A stretch of DNA of 64,000 nt from Nannocystis pusilla (GTDB lineage: Bacteria > Myxococcota_A > Polyangia > Nannocystales > Nannocystaceae): assembly GCF_051105105.1 (NCBI RefSeq), contig NZ_CP185339.1; one strand, 5' to 3'. A model generated the notes under the pieces. That model searched no databases, had not been told where the DNA came from, and saw only the letters and a list, made by a program, of their open reading frames with translations. The position numbers and the translations under genes are program-made. Shown here piece after piece: positions 43,364 through 58,671 of this stretch; the stretch's first letter is position 1; each line of letters opens with the position of its first letter.

Positions 43364-43439
43364 GTCGCTCACTTTTTGGTGAGCAGCTCGAAAATTTACG
43401 ACGAGGCACGCAGCGGGGGGCGTCGCTAGATTGCTCGCC

Positions 43440-44099
43440 ATGCACAAGCTCCTCGTCGTCGATGCCAGCGGGCGCGTCACTCGCTCGATCACCCGTCGTC
43501 TCACCCGCCGCTTCGCCGAGGTCTGGCGCGCGCGCGAGCCCGGCGGCGTGGTGCTTCACCGGGACGTGGGGCTCGAGCCGCCGCCGCCGGTCGACGAGCC
43601 GTGGATCGCGGCCGCGTTCGGCGACCCTGCGGCGCGCTCCGAGGCCGGGCACGCGGCGCTGCGGACGAGCGACGCGCTGATCGACGAGCTCGCGGCCGCC
43701 GACGCGGTGGTGATCGGCGCGCCCATGTACAACTTCGGCATGCCGGCGCAGCTCAAGGCGTACTTCGACCAGGTGATCCGCGTGGGCCGGACCTTCGGCT
43801 TCGACGCGGCCGCGGCCGAGCCCTACCAGCCGCTGCTGCGCGCGCGGCCGGTGGTCGTGATCGTCTCGCTCGGCGACGGGGCCTTGAACCCGGGCGGGGC
43901 GCTGGCGCACCTCAACTTCCTCGAGCCGCACCTGACGACCTGCCTCGGCTTCATCGGCCTGACCAACGTCACGTTCGTCCGCGTCGGCTTCGACGAATTT
44001 CAGGACGGCCGCTTCCGGGCCTCGGTCGCCGCCGCCGAGGCCGAGGTCGACGAGCTCGCCGCGCGCCTCGCCGGTCCCGGCACGCGCCTGGCGTCGTGA
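43440..44099 (+). CDS. FMN-dependent NADH-azoreductase / flavodoxin-like quinone reductase family
   Basis: MHKLLVVDAS...VVIGAPMYNFGMPAQLKAYFD. Confidence 0.8.
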   Translation: MHKLLVVDASGRVTRSITRRLTRRFAEVWRAREPGGVVLHRDVGLEPPPPVDEPWIAAAFGDPAARSEAGHAALRTSDALIDELAAADAVVIGAPMYNFGMPAQLKAYFDQVIRVGRTFGFDAAAAEPYQPLLRARPVVVIVSLGDGALNPGGALAHLNFLEPHLTTCLGFIGLTNVTFVRVGFDEFQDGRFRASVAAAEAEVDELAARLAGPGTRLAS

Positions 44100-44191
44100 G
44101 CGACATACGGCCGGCGTCAGTGCGGTGCACTGACTCGCGTGCGGTCGATGGCGCTGCCGGACTGCGGTAAGCTCGGCCCGCGGAGGAGCAC

Positions 44192-45268
44192 ATGCGCGTG
44201 AGGACGGCAGCGAGACTGGCGATCGCCGCGGCGATCGTCGCGGCTCCGGGGACGGCGCGGGCGTGGAACGCGAGCGGGCACCGGATCGTCGCCCGCATCG
44301 CCTGGGACGAGCTGACGCGGGCGCAGCAGGTGTTCGCGTCGGAGCTGCTGGTCCGTCACCCGCGCTTCGCCGAGGACTTCGCGGCCCGCATGCCGCCCGA
44401 GATCGCGGCGCGCCCGGCCGACGACGCCCAGCGGCAGCAGTGGGTGTTCATGCACGCGGCGATCTGGCCCGACCTGCTGAAGGGCGAGAACAAGCAGCTG
44501 ACGGAGAAGATCGCGGCGCTGCCCGCCGGCGCGGAGAAGGCCGAGCTCGAGCGCCGGCTCGCCAACGTCAAGCGCCACGACAACCCGACGTGGCACTACG
44601 ACAACAAGCCGATCCACATCGACCCGTACGCGCTGCCGGCGATCGCCCCGCCGGCGACGCGACCGGTCGGGGTCCAGCAGGCGCTGCCGAACGCGCTGCG
44701 CGAGCTCGACGATCGCGGCCTGCCGGTCGAGCGCCGGGCGGTCGCGCTCGCGTGGGTGCTCCACCTGGTCGGCGACTCGCACCAGCCGCTGCACACCGTG
44801 GCGCTGTTCTCGTCGCGGCACCTGCCGCAGGGCGACCTCGGCGGCAACGCCTTCATCGTCCGGCTGCCCGGAGCGCCCGGCGCCACGCCGACCCGGCTGC
44901 ACGCGGTGTGGGACGACATGCTCGGCGACGATCCGAAGACCGAGCGCGCCGCCAAGAGCCGCATCGTCGCCGCCAACCCGCGGCGGAGCCTGAAGCCGGA
45001 GCTGACGGCCTCGGACGGCGCCGGGGGGGTCGAGGCGATGGTCAATCTGTGGCTCGACGAGAGCTTCCGCGCCGCCGACGCCAGCGTGTACGACGCTCGT
45101 CTGCGCAGCGCGTTGCTGGCCCCGCTCGCCGCCGGCGCGACCTCGCCGTTCCCGATCGCGCTCGACCGCCGCTACCTGCAGGCGGCGCGCGCGGTGGCGA
45201 TGCGCCGCGCGGCCCTGGCCGGGTATCGCCTCGCCGATTGCATCGCCCGGGCCGAGAGCCGGCGGTGA
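44192..45268 (+). CDS. S1/P1 nuclease family (secreted Zn endonuclease)
   Basis: Signal peptide then AWNASGHRIVA (mature N-terminal Trp), plus HLVGDSHQPLH. Confidence 0.8.
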   Translation: MRVRTAARLAIAAAIVAAPGTARAWNASGHRIVARIAWDELTRAQQVFASELLVRHPRFAEDFAARMPPEIAARPADDAQRQQWVFMHAAIWPDLLKGENKQLTEKIAALPAGAEKAELERRLANVKRHDNPTWHYDNKPIHIDPYALPAIAPPATRPVGVQQALPNALRELDDRGLPVERRAVALAWVLHLVGDSHQPLHTVALFSSRHLPQGDLGGNAFIVRLPGAPGATPTRLHAVWDDMLGDDPKTERAAKSRIVAANPRRSLKPELTASDGAGGVEAMVNLWLDESFRAADASVYDARLRSALLAPLAAGATSPFPIALDRRYLQAARAVAMRRAALAGYRLADCIARAESRR

Positions 45269-45285
45269 CGCGGCGGTTTTGAGCG

Positions 45286-45470
45286 ATTGTGAGGACATGT
45301 CCGATTGGACACGTCATCCCATCTCGCCCTGTTCATGGTGGCCGGCTGACCCTCGGGACATGCCGGAATGGCCATGTATCGCAGCGTCGCACGCCGTTGC
45401 CGCGGCGACCATGCTGCTCTTTCAGTCATGCCCGGAGGGGCATGCCTCAAAGGTCATCCAGCCGAAGCCT
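45286..45470. repeat. cluster of GGACATGTCC-type palindromic repeats (low-GC island) between convergent genes
   Basis: gaGGACATGTCCgattGGACACGTCA...cGGGACATGCCggaaTGGCCATGTA...aGTCATGCCCggagGGGCATGCCtc. Confidence 0.6.
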
Positions 45471-46291
45471 CGCCGGCCAGCAGCGCCTGCACGCGGGCCA
45501 GCGAGGCCGCGATCGCGGCCTGGGGCCGGCCAGGGTCGCCGTCCGGGACCAGGACCTCGCCGACGCGCACGCGCCCCGGCGAGCGCGTCTCGGCGTAGGC
45601 GCCGGCGCAGGCGTGGCGGCCGAACGGGCCGAGGTCGAACTCGTGGTGCTCGGCGATCGTCCGCAGCGTCCGCGGATCGGCGGGCAGCTCCTCGTGGGCG
45701 CGGGTGACGACGACGCAGCGCGGGGTCGGCAGGCCGACCGCCAGGGCCAGACCCGAGGGGCCGCGGAGGTCGCGGCCGAGCAGCGCGTCCTCCGAGAAGG
45801 CGCCGGGCGCGTCGCCGTCGTCGAGCAGGAAGTTGGGGCGGAAGCGGCGGGGGTCCCATTCGACCTCCGGCTGCAGCGCCCGCAGGTGCGCCAGGGTCCG
45901 GGTGGTGAGCACGTGGACCGGGGCGAAGTCCTGGTGGCGGCCGGGCGCGGCGAAGCGGCCGGGGACGTCGCCGGCGGCCTGCAGCCGCACGCGGCGGCCG
46001 AGCAGGGACGACAGCGCGGGCTCGAACGTCCGCGCCCTCGACGACCTCGCCGCCCGGCAGCGTCACGCGCAGCGGCAGCGGGGCGTCGCGGTCGGCGAGC
46101 AGCGCCGCCCGGCAGGCGCGCAGGGCCGGGTGCGTCGGCCCGCGCTTGTTGGCGATCGCCTCGCCGGTGTCAACGTCGACCGCCACGTACCGGCGATCGC
46201 CGTCGCAGCCCGCGTGATCGACGTAGGTCTCGGGCAACGACTCGCCCAGCATCGCCTTGACGGGGTAGCGCCAGATCGCCAGGACGCCCAT
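45454..46291 (-). CDS. MOSC-domain protein; frameshift ~46025
   Basis: MGVLAIWRYPVKAMLGE beta-barrel N-terminus; the second frame gives the MOSC core FRPNFLLD...CVVVT. Confidence 0.65.
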
Positions 46292-46617
46292 GGTCTCCTC
46301 CGGGCGCCAGAGTAGCCCGGCGGGCGGGGCGGACGAGATGTCCGAAGGGACATCTGGTGACAGGACCGGCACCGGGCCGGGCGAGCGCCGCGGGACCCCC
46401 GCGGTGCGCGAAATGACGCCGACCGCCGATGCGGACGCGGAAGTCGCGTCGCCGGGCCGATTGGCAGCATTTGCGCGGGGCATCGGTGCCCGCAATTGGG
46501 GCACGGGCCGTCTCCAGGCGTGGGATCTCGCGTGCGATGAATCCGGCGCAGGTGCGTTCATCGGGCCTGCTCCGAGCCTGCGGCGGCGGTCGCCGCGCCC
46601 GCCCACGCGGGGCGGTC

Positions 46618-49074
<2,457 letters not shown>

Positions 49075-49120
49075 ATCGCACTCCGGGCAATCACCGTTGC
49101 GAGCGCTCCGCGCCTGGCCT

Positions 49121-50293
49121 ATGACCGGACTGCTCATGCGTCGCGTGATTCGTCATTCATCGTTATTGGCAGCCCTGGCCGTCGCTTCTCCGGCCTGTTT
49201 CCTCGAGGACCTGCTGGACGGCGATTCGAGCCCCGTGCAGCACGACACCATCGCGCTGTCGACCGGCATCGACGTGGCCTACCGCGAGCTCGGCGACCCC
49301 GACGGCGACGTGGTCATCTTCCTCCACGGCTACACCGATACGTCGCGCTCCTTCTTGCCGACGGCGCTGGCGCTCCACCACCTCGACGACGATTATCACC
49401 TGTACATCCTCGATCAGCGCGGCCACGGCGGCTCGTCGATGCCGCCCGCGGCCGACTGCGCGGCGGCGCCGGCCTCGTGCTTCGAGCCGGCCGACATGGC
49501 CGACGACGTGATCGCGTTCATGGACGCCAAGGGCATCGCCCGCGCCTCGATCGTCGGCCACTCGATGGGCAGCTTCGTCGCCCAGGAGCTCGGCCTGTCG
49601 CACCCGCAGCGGGTCGACAAGCTGGTGCTGATCGGCACCGCCGCGAGCGTGGTCGGCAACGTGGTGCTGCAGGACTACATCCTCGCCGAGCCGGTCGAGG
49701 GCTCGTGGAAGGCCGGCTTCGAGGCCCAGGGCCTGCAATTCCCCGAGGAGGTCTACGAGCTCGATCCGCTCGACGCGAACGCCGACGCGCAGGCGTGGAT
49801 CGAGGGCGCGTGGGTGGTCGACCCGGCCGCCGACCCCGACTTCCTGGCCTCGATCGTGCCCGAGACCGCGGCGACGCGGATGGGCACGTGGATCGGCGTG
49901 GCCCGGGCGCTGCTGCAGACCGACAACACCCAGCGCCTGCAGGACCTGAGCGTGCCGACGCTGATCATTTGGGCCACCCAGGACGGCTTCTTCTACGACG
50001 ACCCCGACCAGCAGGCGCTGCGCGCCGCGCTCGACGTGGCCGTCGACGCCTGCAAGCTCGAGTACTGGTTCAAGCAGTACGGCAAGCGCCCGCTCGGCCC
50101 CGACGGGGTGCAGGTCGACGACATCGGCCACAACACGCAGTGGGCCACCCCGGAGGAGGTCGCCCGCGACCTGAAGGCGTACCTCGGCACCGGCAAGCCG
50201 ACGACGGACTGGTATTACTCGGCCGACGGCGATCCGCAGCACATCGTCACCCAGAAGAAGGCGGCGCCGCTGATCCACGGCAAGTGCGAGTGA
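49121..50293 (+). CDS. alpha/beta hydrolase lipoprotein
   Basis: LAALAVASPAC lipobox; GHSMGS nucleophile elbow. Confidence 0.75.
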   Translation: MTGLLMRRVIRHSSLLAALAVASPACFLEDLLDGDSSPVQHDTIALSTGIDVAYRELGDPDGDVVIFLHGYTDTSRSFLPTALALHHLDDDYHLYILDQRGHGGSSMPPAADCAAAPASCFEPADMADDVIAFMDAKGIARASIVGHSMGSFVAQELGLSHPQRVDKLVLIGTAASVVGNVVLQDYILAEPVEGSWKAGFEAQGLQFPEEVYELDPLDANADAQAWIEGAWVVDPAADPDFLASIVPETAATRMGTWIGVARALLQTDNTQRLQDLSVPTLIIWATQDGFFYDDPDQQALRAALDVAVDACKLEYWFKQYGKRPLGPDGVQVDDIGHNTQWATPEEVARDLKAYLGTGKPTTDWYYSADGDPQHIVTQKKAAPLIHGKCE

Positions 50294-50396
50294 CGGGCGC
50301 CTCGGTCGCGGTGCCGGTCCCGCGAACGCGGCGGAGCTCGCTGCTGCGATTCGCCGGCGCGGCCGTCCGGGGGCGCCGGGCCTCCGACAGCCGCGC

Positions 50397-51712
50397 TTGA
50401 CAGGCGGTCGCCGTAGATCTTTACGTGAGGCGATGCTCGCCGCTCCCCGGGTCTCGCTGGCCGTCCTCCTCGTGCTCGTCGCCTGCGGCGGCGGAGAGGG
50501 CGAGAGCAGCGCCACGGAGACGGGGACCGCCGCGACTTCGACGGAGCCGTCGACCTCGACCACCACCGGCACCGGGACCACGACCACCACGGAGGCCGCG
50601 CCGACGACCACGAGCTCGAGCGGCGACCCGAGCACCACCGGCGCGCCGCTCGAGGGCTACGCCAATCCGGCGCTGTGGCTGTGTCACCCGGACAAGCCGG
50701 CAGGCCCGACGCCTGCCTCTCGGCCGACCTGACCGCGACCGAGCTGCTGCCCGACGGCGGGACCGCGATCGTCGAGCACACGATCGCCGCCGCCCCGGCG
50801 TTCGACTGCTTCTACGTCTACCCGACCGTCGACATCCGCCTGCAGCCGGGTCAGACCGAGAGCTTCGACGACCTCGATCAGGAGCTCGACCCGCTGCTCA
50901 ACCAGGCGGCCCGCTTCACCTCGATGTGCCGGATGTTCGCGCCGCTGTACCACCAGGTGACGATCGGCACCTACGGCAGCGACCAGGCCGAGGCGCTGCT
51001 GACCGCGGCGTACCAGGACGTGCTCGCCGCGTTCGAGAGCTACCTCGAGCGCCACGCCGACGGCCGGCCGCTCTTGATCCTCGGCCACTCGCAGGGCACG
51101 TACATGACGACGCGGCTGATCCAGGAGGTCGTCGAGCCCGACCCGGCCCTGCGCGAGCGGCTGCTGGCGGCGTTCCTGCTCGGCGGCTCGTTCAGCGTGC
51201 CGTTCGGCGCGGCGATCGGCGGCACGCTCTCGACCATCCCGCTGTGCGACAGCGCCGAGCAGCTCGGCTGCGTCGTCGCCTACCGCACCTACGCGGCCGA
51301 GCTGCCGCCGGAGGGCGGCTCGAACGCGCCCGACCTCCCCGGCAACAACGTCGCCTGCACCAACCCGGCCGCGCCCGGCGGCGGCTCGGGGCGCGCCCGC
51401 GGGGCGTTCTTCCCCAACTTCACCCACCAGGAGGCGGTGTTCCCGAAGATCGACTTCGGCGCGGCGATCGATACGCCCTTCGTGGTGATGCGCGACTTCT
51501 ACGGGCTGTCGTGCCAGACCGACGGCGAGGGTCAGCATTTCCTCGCGGTCGCGCCCGCGCCCGACGCCGGCGACGTGCGCACCGACCCTGTCGACATCAC
51601 CGCGCCGCTGTTCGCCCCGGGCTTCCTCGGCCTGCACGTGCTCGACTACAACTACGCGCTGCAGGACCTGCTCGACGCGGCCGCGGCCAAGGCGGCCGCC
51701 GCGGGGCTATGA
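50397..51712 (+). CDS. lipoprotein with Thr-rich linker plus DUF3089-like alpha/beta hydrolase domain; frameshift ~50700
   Basis: LVLVACGGG lipobox, Thr-rich linker, GHSQGT, second frame. Confidence 0.6.
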
Positions 51713-51714
51713 AC

Positions 51715-51800
51715 CGGAGGACATGTCCCGAGGAGAATGTCCGAAGGAGCATGTCCTGTGCGGCATGTCGAAATGAACATGGCCTGAAGGCCACATCAAA
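51715..51800. repeat. array of ATGTCC repeats at 14-15 bp spacing in a convergent intergenic region
   Basis: acATGTCCcgaggagaATGTCCgaaggagcATGTCCtgtgcggcATGTCGaaatgaACATGG. Confidence 0.6.
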
Positions 51801-51803
51801 AGT

Positions 51804-52247
51804 TCAATCGAGCGGCCGCGTCATGAGCACCCGCGGCGGGGCGGTGAAGCCGGAGCGGCGGTAGAGCTCGATGGCGGGCGTGTTGTCGGTGCGGACCATC
51901 AGGTGGACCGCGCGGGCCCCGTGGGCGCGGGCGGAGGCGAGGGCGGCGTCGAGGAACAGGCGGCCGCGACCGGCGCCGCGGACCTCGGCCCGCAGATACA
52001 GCTCGGTGAGGAAAGCGTCGCGTCCGCCCCACTCGAGGTCGAAGCCCCAGGTGAGCACGAAGTAGCCGAGCGGCGCGTCGCCGTCGAGGCCGAGGACCAC
52101 CGTGCCGAGCCCGGGCGAGCCGATCAGGGTCCGCAGCGGCGCCTCGCCGGGCCCGCGGCGCCACGGGATGTGCTCCAGGCGGTTGAAGTCCTCCATCATG
52201 TCGAGGATCGCGGGGACATCGGAGCTGGTGGCCGGGCGAAAGTGCAT
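51804..52247 (-). CDS. GNAT family N-acetyltransferase
   Basis: AEVRGAGRGRLFLDAALASARAHGARAVHLMVRTDNTPAIELYRRSGF. Confidence 0.8.
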   Translation of the reverse strand: MHFRPATSSDVPAILDMMEDFNRLEHIPWRRGPGEAPLRTLIGSPGLGTVVLGLDGDAPLGYFVLTWGFDLEWGGRDAFLTELYLRAEVRGAGRGRLFLDAALASARAHGARAVHLMVRTDNTPAIELYRRSGFTAPPRVLMTRPLD

Positions 52248-52338
52248 CGTGCCGGCACTATAGGCCCACCGCGGAGCTTGCGCGCCGGCGGCCGGTTTCA
52301 CGCGTCCGGGGGCCCCCAGGGCCAGCGGGCGCCGATCC

Positions 52339-54205
<1,867 letters not shown>

Positions 54206-54219
<14 letters not shown>

Positions 54220-56599
54220 GCGCCGGGCCGCGCTGACGCTGCTGCCGGTCTTGCTGCAGGTCTTGCTGTCGGTCTTGGCCTGCGCCCCGCGCGGGCCGGC
54301 GACCGCGGAGCCAGGTGCGCCGAAGGACATGTCCAAAGAGACATCCGGTGCGGCCGCGGTGGCGGCCTGTGACAAGCAGGCGAGCGCGGTCCAGGACGGG
54401 CTGGTGCGCCTGGCCGATCGCTACCTGTGGGAGGAGATCGAGCTGCTCGTGCAGGCCCACGCGGCGACCCGCGGCCGGCCCGACGCGACCCGCTGCGCCG
54501 AGGCGACCCGCGCGGCGCTGACGACCGTGACGCTGCGCTGGGCCGAGCAGGGGGCCGAGTCGGGCGGGTCGCAGAGCCACGCGCTGGCCCGCCAGGCCTA
54601 CGCGGCGCTGCGCAAGCACTTCCCCGCCGAGGCCGAGGCGCCGCTGCTGCACCACGCGATGGGCAAGCTCGAGTGGGCCCGCGCCGAGCGCCTGACGCTC
54701 GAGATCGGCGAGCGCACCCTGACCGACGACGCGCTGCGCGAGGCCCACGCCCACCACCGCGCCGCCCTGGCCGGCGGGCTGCCGACCGAGCAGGCCGCCC
54801 GCTCGGCCCGGGCCCAGCTCGACGCGGTCCGCCGCGTGCGCGAGGGGGAGCCTGCTCCATGGGTCATGTCTGAACAGACATGCCTGCCGGACCCGCGCGG
54901 CCGCTGCACCGACCCGGTCCCGCGCGTCGCTCCCGGCGAGATGACGGCCGGCGACCGCGAGTGGCTGGCCGCCTACGACGCCTTCCTCGCCGAGCCCGGG
55001 CTGCAGGGCACGCCCGAGGCCGGGCAGGTCGCGGTCGAGCGGGCCGAGCTGCTGATGCGATACCGCCGCTGGGACGAGGCCGAGACCAGCCTGCGCGCCG
55101 TCAGCGGGCCGGCGCGCGAGCAGGCGCGGGTGCTGCTGGTCGGCCTGCTGCTGGCGCGCTGGATGGAGGCCGCCAGCGCCGGCGAGCGCTCGGCCGCCCG
55201 CGTCGCGCTCGTCACCACGGCGGTCGAGGTCGAGGCCGCTGGCGGGCCGCAGGTGGCCCAGGTGGCGGCGCTGCGGCGCGCGGCACTGTGGGCCCAGGCC
55301 GAGGAGTCGGAGGCGGTCGGGGACGACGCCCGCTGCGGCGCGGCCTTCGAGGCGCTCTACGCCGACCTCGGCGCCGACCTCGACGCCGCGGCCGAGGCGG
55401 CCGACGGCGCCGGTCGCTGCTACGAGCGCGCCGGCCTGACGCAGAAGGCGATCGACTGGCTCGAGCGCATGGCCGACGTCCACCGCGAGGACCCGCGGGC
55501 CCCCGACGCGGTGCTGCGGCTGGCCCGCTTGCACGAGCGGATCTTGAACGACGAGCAGGCCCGCGACCGCTACCTCGATCTGGTGGCCCGCGCCCCGCGG
55601 CACCGCGCCGCCGCGACCGCCCGCCGCCGCTCGCTGATCCTGAGCCTGCGCGCCGGGACATTGCCCGAAGGACAGCTCGACGCGCTGATCCGCGGCCGCC
55701 CGGAGGAGCGCACGCTGGCGGCGGCGATCCAGTTCCGCGCGGTGTTCCGCCCCGGCGTCACGCCCGAAGCGGCCGAGAAGTACATCGAGCGGTTCGGCAA
55801 GGAGGGCGGGCCGCGGCGGCTGGCGATCGCCCACGCGCGCGCGGCCGAGGCGTGGCTGCGGGTGTCCTGCCCGGTCCCCGGGGCCGAGGGCCTGTGCGTC
55901 GAGTTCGGCCGCGACCGCACGCCGGCGCGGGTGGTGGCCCGCCTGCCCAAGCCGCACGCCAAGGGCCGCGAGCACCTCGACCGCGCGCAGAAGCTGCTGC
56001 CCGAGGTCAGCGGCGGCGAGGTCGACAAGCTCGAGGCGCCGATCGCCGTCGACGCCGAGGAGGCGCGGGCCGCCAGCCGCCAGGTCGCGCTGCTGCAGGG
56101 CGACCTCGACGCCGAGTCGGCGCTCACCAGCCAGCCGCCGAAGAGCCTCGACCCGGCCCGCTCGCGCGCGTGGCTCGAGGTCCGCAAGGCCGAGGTCGAG
56201 CGCATGAGCGCGGTCTACGAGACCGCGACCGCGGGCGGGGCGGGCGGCCGCGATCAGTCGGCGGCGCTGGTCGAGACCCGCAAGGCGCAGGTGTACGAGT
56301 CCGACCTGGCGCTGCTCGACGAGGTGGCCGCCGCCGTCGAGGCCGCCGGCGACGCCGGCCTGGCCCAGCAGATGCGCGAGCTGGCGGCCCAGCGCCGCGA
56401 GGCGGTGTTCACGGCCTACGCCCGCTGCCTCGACCACGTGGCCGCGTGGGGCCACGACGCCGGAGGCCAGAGCGCCCTGTGCCGCGCCGGCCTCGGCCGC
56501 CTGGTCGGTCGCTACGAGGAGCCGCTGGAGTACGCGCCCGACCACGATGGGCGGGTGATCGTCGGCGCGGCGGCCAGAGCCTCGGGCCCGCCGCGGTGA
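54206..56599 (+). CDS. TPR-like helical-repeat lipoprotein, overlaps kinase gene end
   Basis: LLQVLLSVLAC lipobox. Confidence 0.55.
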
Positions 56600-56699
56600 G
56601 GCGGAGAGCTTGCGAACGGCGGGCGGGAACCACCGGCGCGCGGACAAGCCGCGAGCTCGCTGCCGTCATGACGACGGACTCGCCGCGGCGACGCGCGGG

Positions 56700-56812
56700 A
56701 GCAGAGCGCGAGATCGATGAGACATGCTCGAAGTACCATGTTTCATCGAGCATGTCGCATTGTACATGCCGATGAAGACATGTCCATCAGGGCATGTCCG
56801 AACAGGCAGCCT
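56700..56812. repeat. array of ~6 (A/C)CATGTCC-like repeats at ~14-bp spacing in a convergent intergenic region
   Basis: gagACATGCTCG..taCCATGTTTC..gaGCATGTCGC..gtACATGCCg..agACATGTCCa..gGCATGTCCg. Confidence 0.6.
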
Positions 56813-57926
56813 CAGTCGCCGAGCTCGCGCAGCAGGATCCGCGCGCGCAGGCGGCGGCGCTCGTCGGCGCCGAGCCCGTCGACGTAGGCCCGCAGGAGCG
56901 CGCGGGCCTCGGCGCGGGCGGCCGGGTCGGCGGCGTCGGCCAGCAGGATGCCGAGGTTGAAGGTCAGCTCGGGCGGCAGCTTGGCGGGCGCCGTAGTGTC
57001 GAGCCCGAGGCTCGGAGAGCGCGTTGCGGTAGGCGGCCTCGGCGGGCTCGCGCTCGCGGCGGCGGGCGTGGCTCACCCCGAGGCCGAGGAACGCCGCGTA
57101 GCGCAGGCGCGGCGAGGGCGCGGCGGAGGCCTGCTGGTACAGCCGCACCGCCTCGTCGAGGTTGCCGGCCGCGAGCTCGGCGGCGGCCCAGGCGAGCGCC
57201 GCGGCGTGGTCGTCGGGCGCCAGCTCGAGCGCGCGGGCGAAGCGGCGCCGACCGTCCACCGGATCGGCCGAGCGGAAGGCGATCCGCCCGCACGCGGCCG
57301 CCAGCACCGCCGCGCCCTCGCGGTCGCGCAGGCGCGCGAGCAGCGGGTCGGCGCGGTCGCGGCAGATCGGCGCGGCCCGCTCGCGCGGGTCGGCGTCGTG
57401 CAGCGCGGTGAAGCGCAGCGCCAGGCTCAGGGCGTAGGGGTCGTCGGCGGTGACCGCCAGGGCGGCCGCAACGTCGCGCGCCAGGGCGGCCGCGTCGATC
57501 GGCCCGTCGCGCTTGCCCGGGTCCTCGGGCCGCCGCGCCCTGAAGTCGAGGTACGCCGAGAACGTCGCGGGTCAGGCGGTAGACCGCGCGCGCGCCGGCC
57601 GTCAGCGGCAGCTCGCCGACGGCCGCGTCGATGTCGCCGACCCGCCCCGACTCGTGGGCCAGCACCGCCAGCGCGTAGGCCCGCGCGGTCGAGCCCGGCT
57701 CGCGGCGCAGCAGGGCGAACCGGATCGCCAGCGCGCCCGCGTCGTCGCCGCAGCGGAGCAGCACGTCGGCCCGGGTGAGCGCGCGGGAGCTGTCCCCGGG
57801 GACAGGCGCCGGGGCGCACGGATCGATCTCGGGCACGGCCGGGGGCGGGGCCGGCGGCGCCTTGTCCGGCGCCGTCTGACGCGCGCAGGCGAGCAGGAGC
57901 GCGCAGAGGAGCAGGGCGCGGGGCAC
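56810..57926 (-). CDS. TPR-repeat lipoprotein, two frameshifts
   Basis: MPRALLLCALLLAC lipobox. Three collinear frames are joined at 57558-57567 (GAACGTC) and ~56980 (C-run). Confidence 0.5.
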
Positions 57927-58083
57927 GGGGCGGCGAGGATATCAGCGCGGGGCGAACTTCTCCACGAAGCGGAGGCGCCGGGGCCGGCCGCGGACCGGCA
58001 GGTCGTCGGCGCCGCAGAACCATGCTTCGCCGGTCACGAGGCCGCAGTTTGACGAGGGGTGCATCGGAGCACCGCCCGGCCTG

Positions 58084-58350
58084 CTACGAGCGATCGCGGT
58101 CCAGACGGTCCAGGTCCACGTCCGAGCGTCGCGCCGAGAGGGCATGGCGGTCCCGCCACTCTTGCATGCACCGCCAGCACCCGAGGCGGTCGAGCTCGTG
58201 GCGCCGCCGCATCACGGTCTCGTCGCGCGCGCCGGTCGCCAGCGCCCGCTCGAACAGGGCCTCGCACTCGCGGCAGATCCACACCGGGAAGAGCAGCACC
58301 GCCTCGATCAGGTCGATCAGGCGGTCCTCCTCGCGCGCGGTGAAGACGTG
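58084..58350 (-). CDS. small CxxC...CxxC zinc-ribbon protein (hypothetical)
   Basis: CRECEALFER...CWRCMQEW. The upstream part of the track ORF is a repeat-derived artefact. Confidence 0.3.
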   Translation of the reverse strand, partial: HVFTAREEDRLIDLIEAVLLFPVWICRECEALFERALATGARDETVMRRRHELDRLGCWRCMQEWRDRHALSARRSDVDLDRLDRDRS

Positions 58351-58671
58351 TGCGCAGGCGCCGAGCGTGCCGCTCTGGCCCGTGCCGCTCGCAACGAATC
58401 GAGCCCATGGCCGCGATCTTGCCCGTCGAGCTCGCCCGGTCCGGCCCCTCGTGGCGCGAGTGGGAGCCGCAGGACGACCGCGCCCGCGGCGCGAGTCTTC
58501 GCCACGTCTGCCGGAAGTAACATGTCCTTGGGGACATGTCATGACATTGTCATCGATTCGCCGCCTCCCGCGCCGGCGGCTTCCCCGCCGTGAGCAGAGG
58601 CCGATCTGCGGCGAATGTCGATACCCTGAATAGGCAGAGTCGACGCGCGTCCGTGCGCACCGAGGTTTTAA

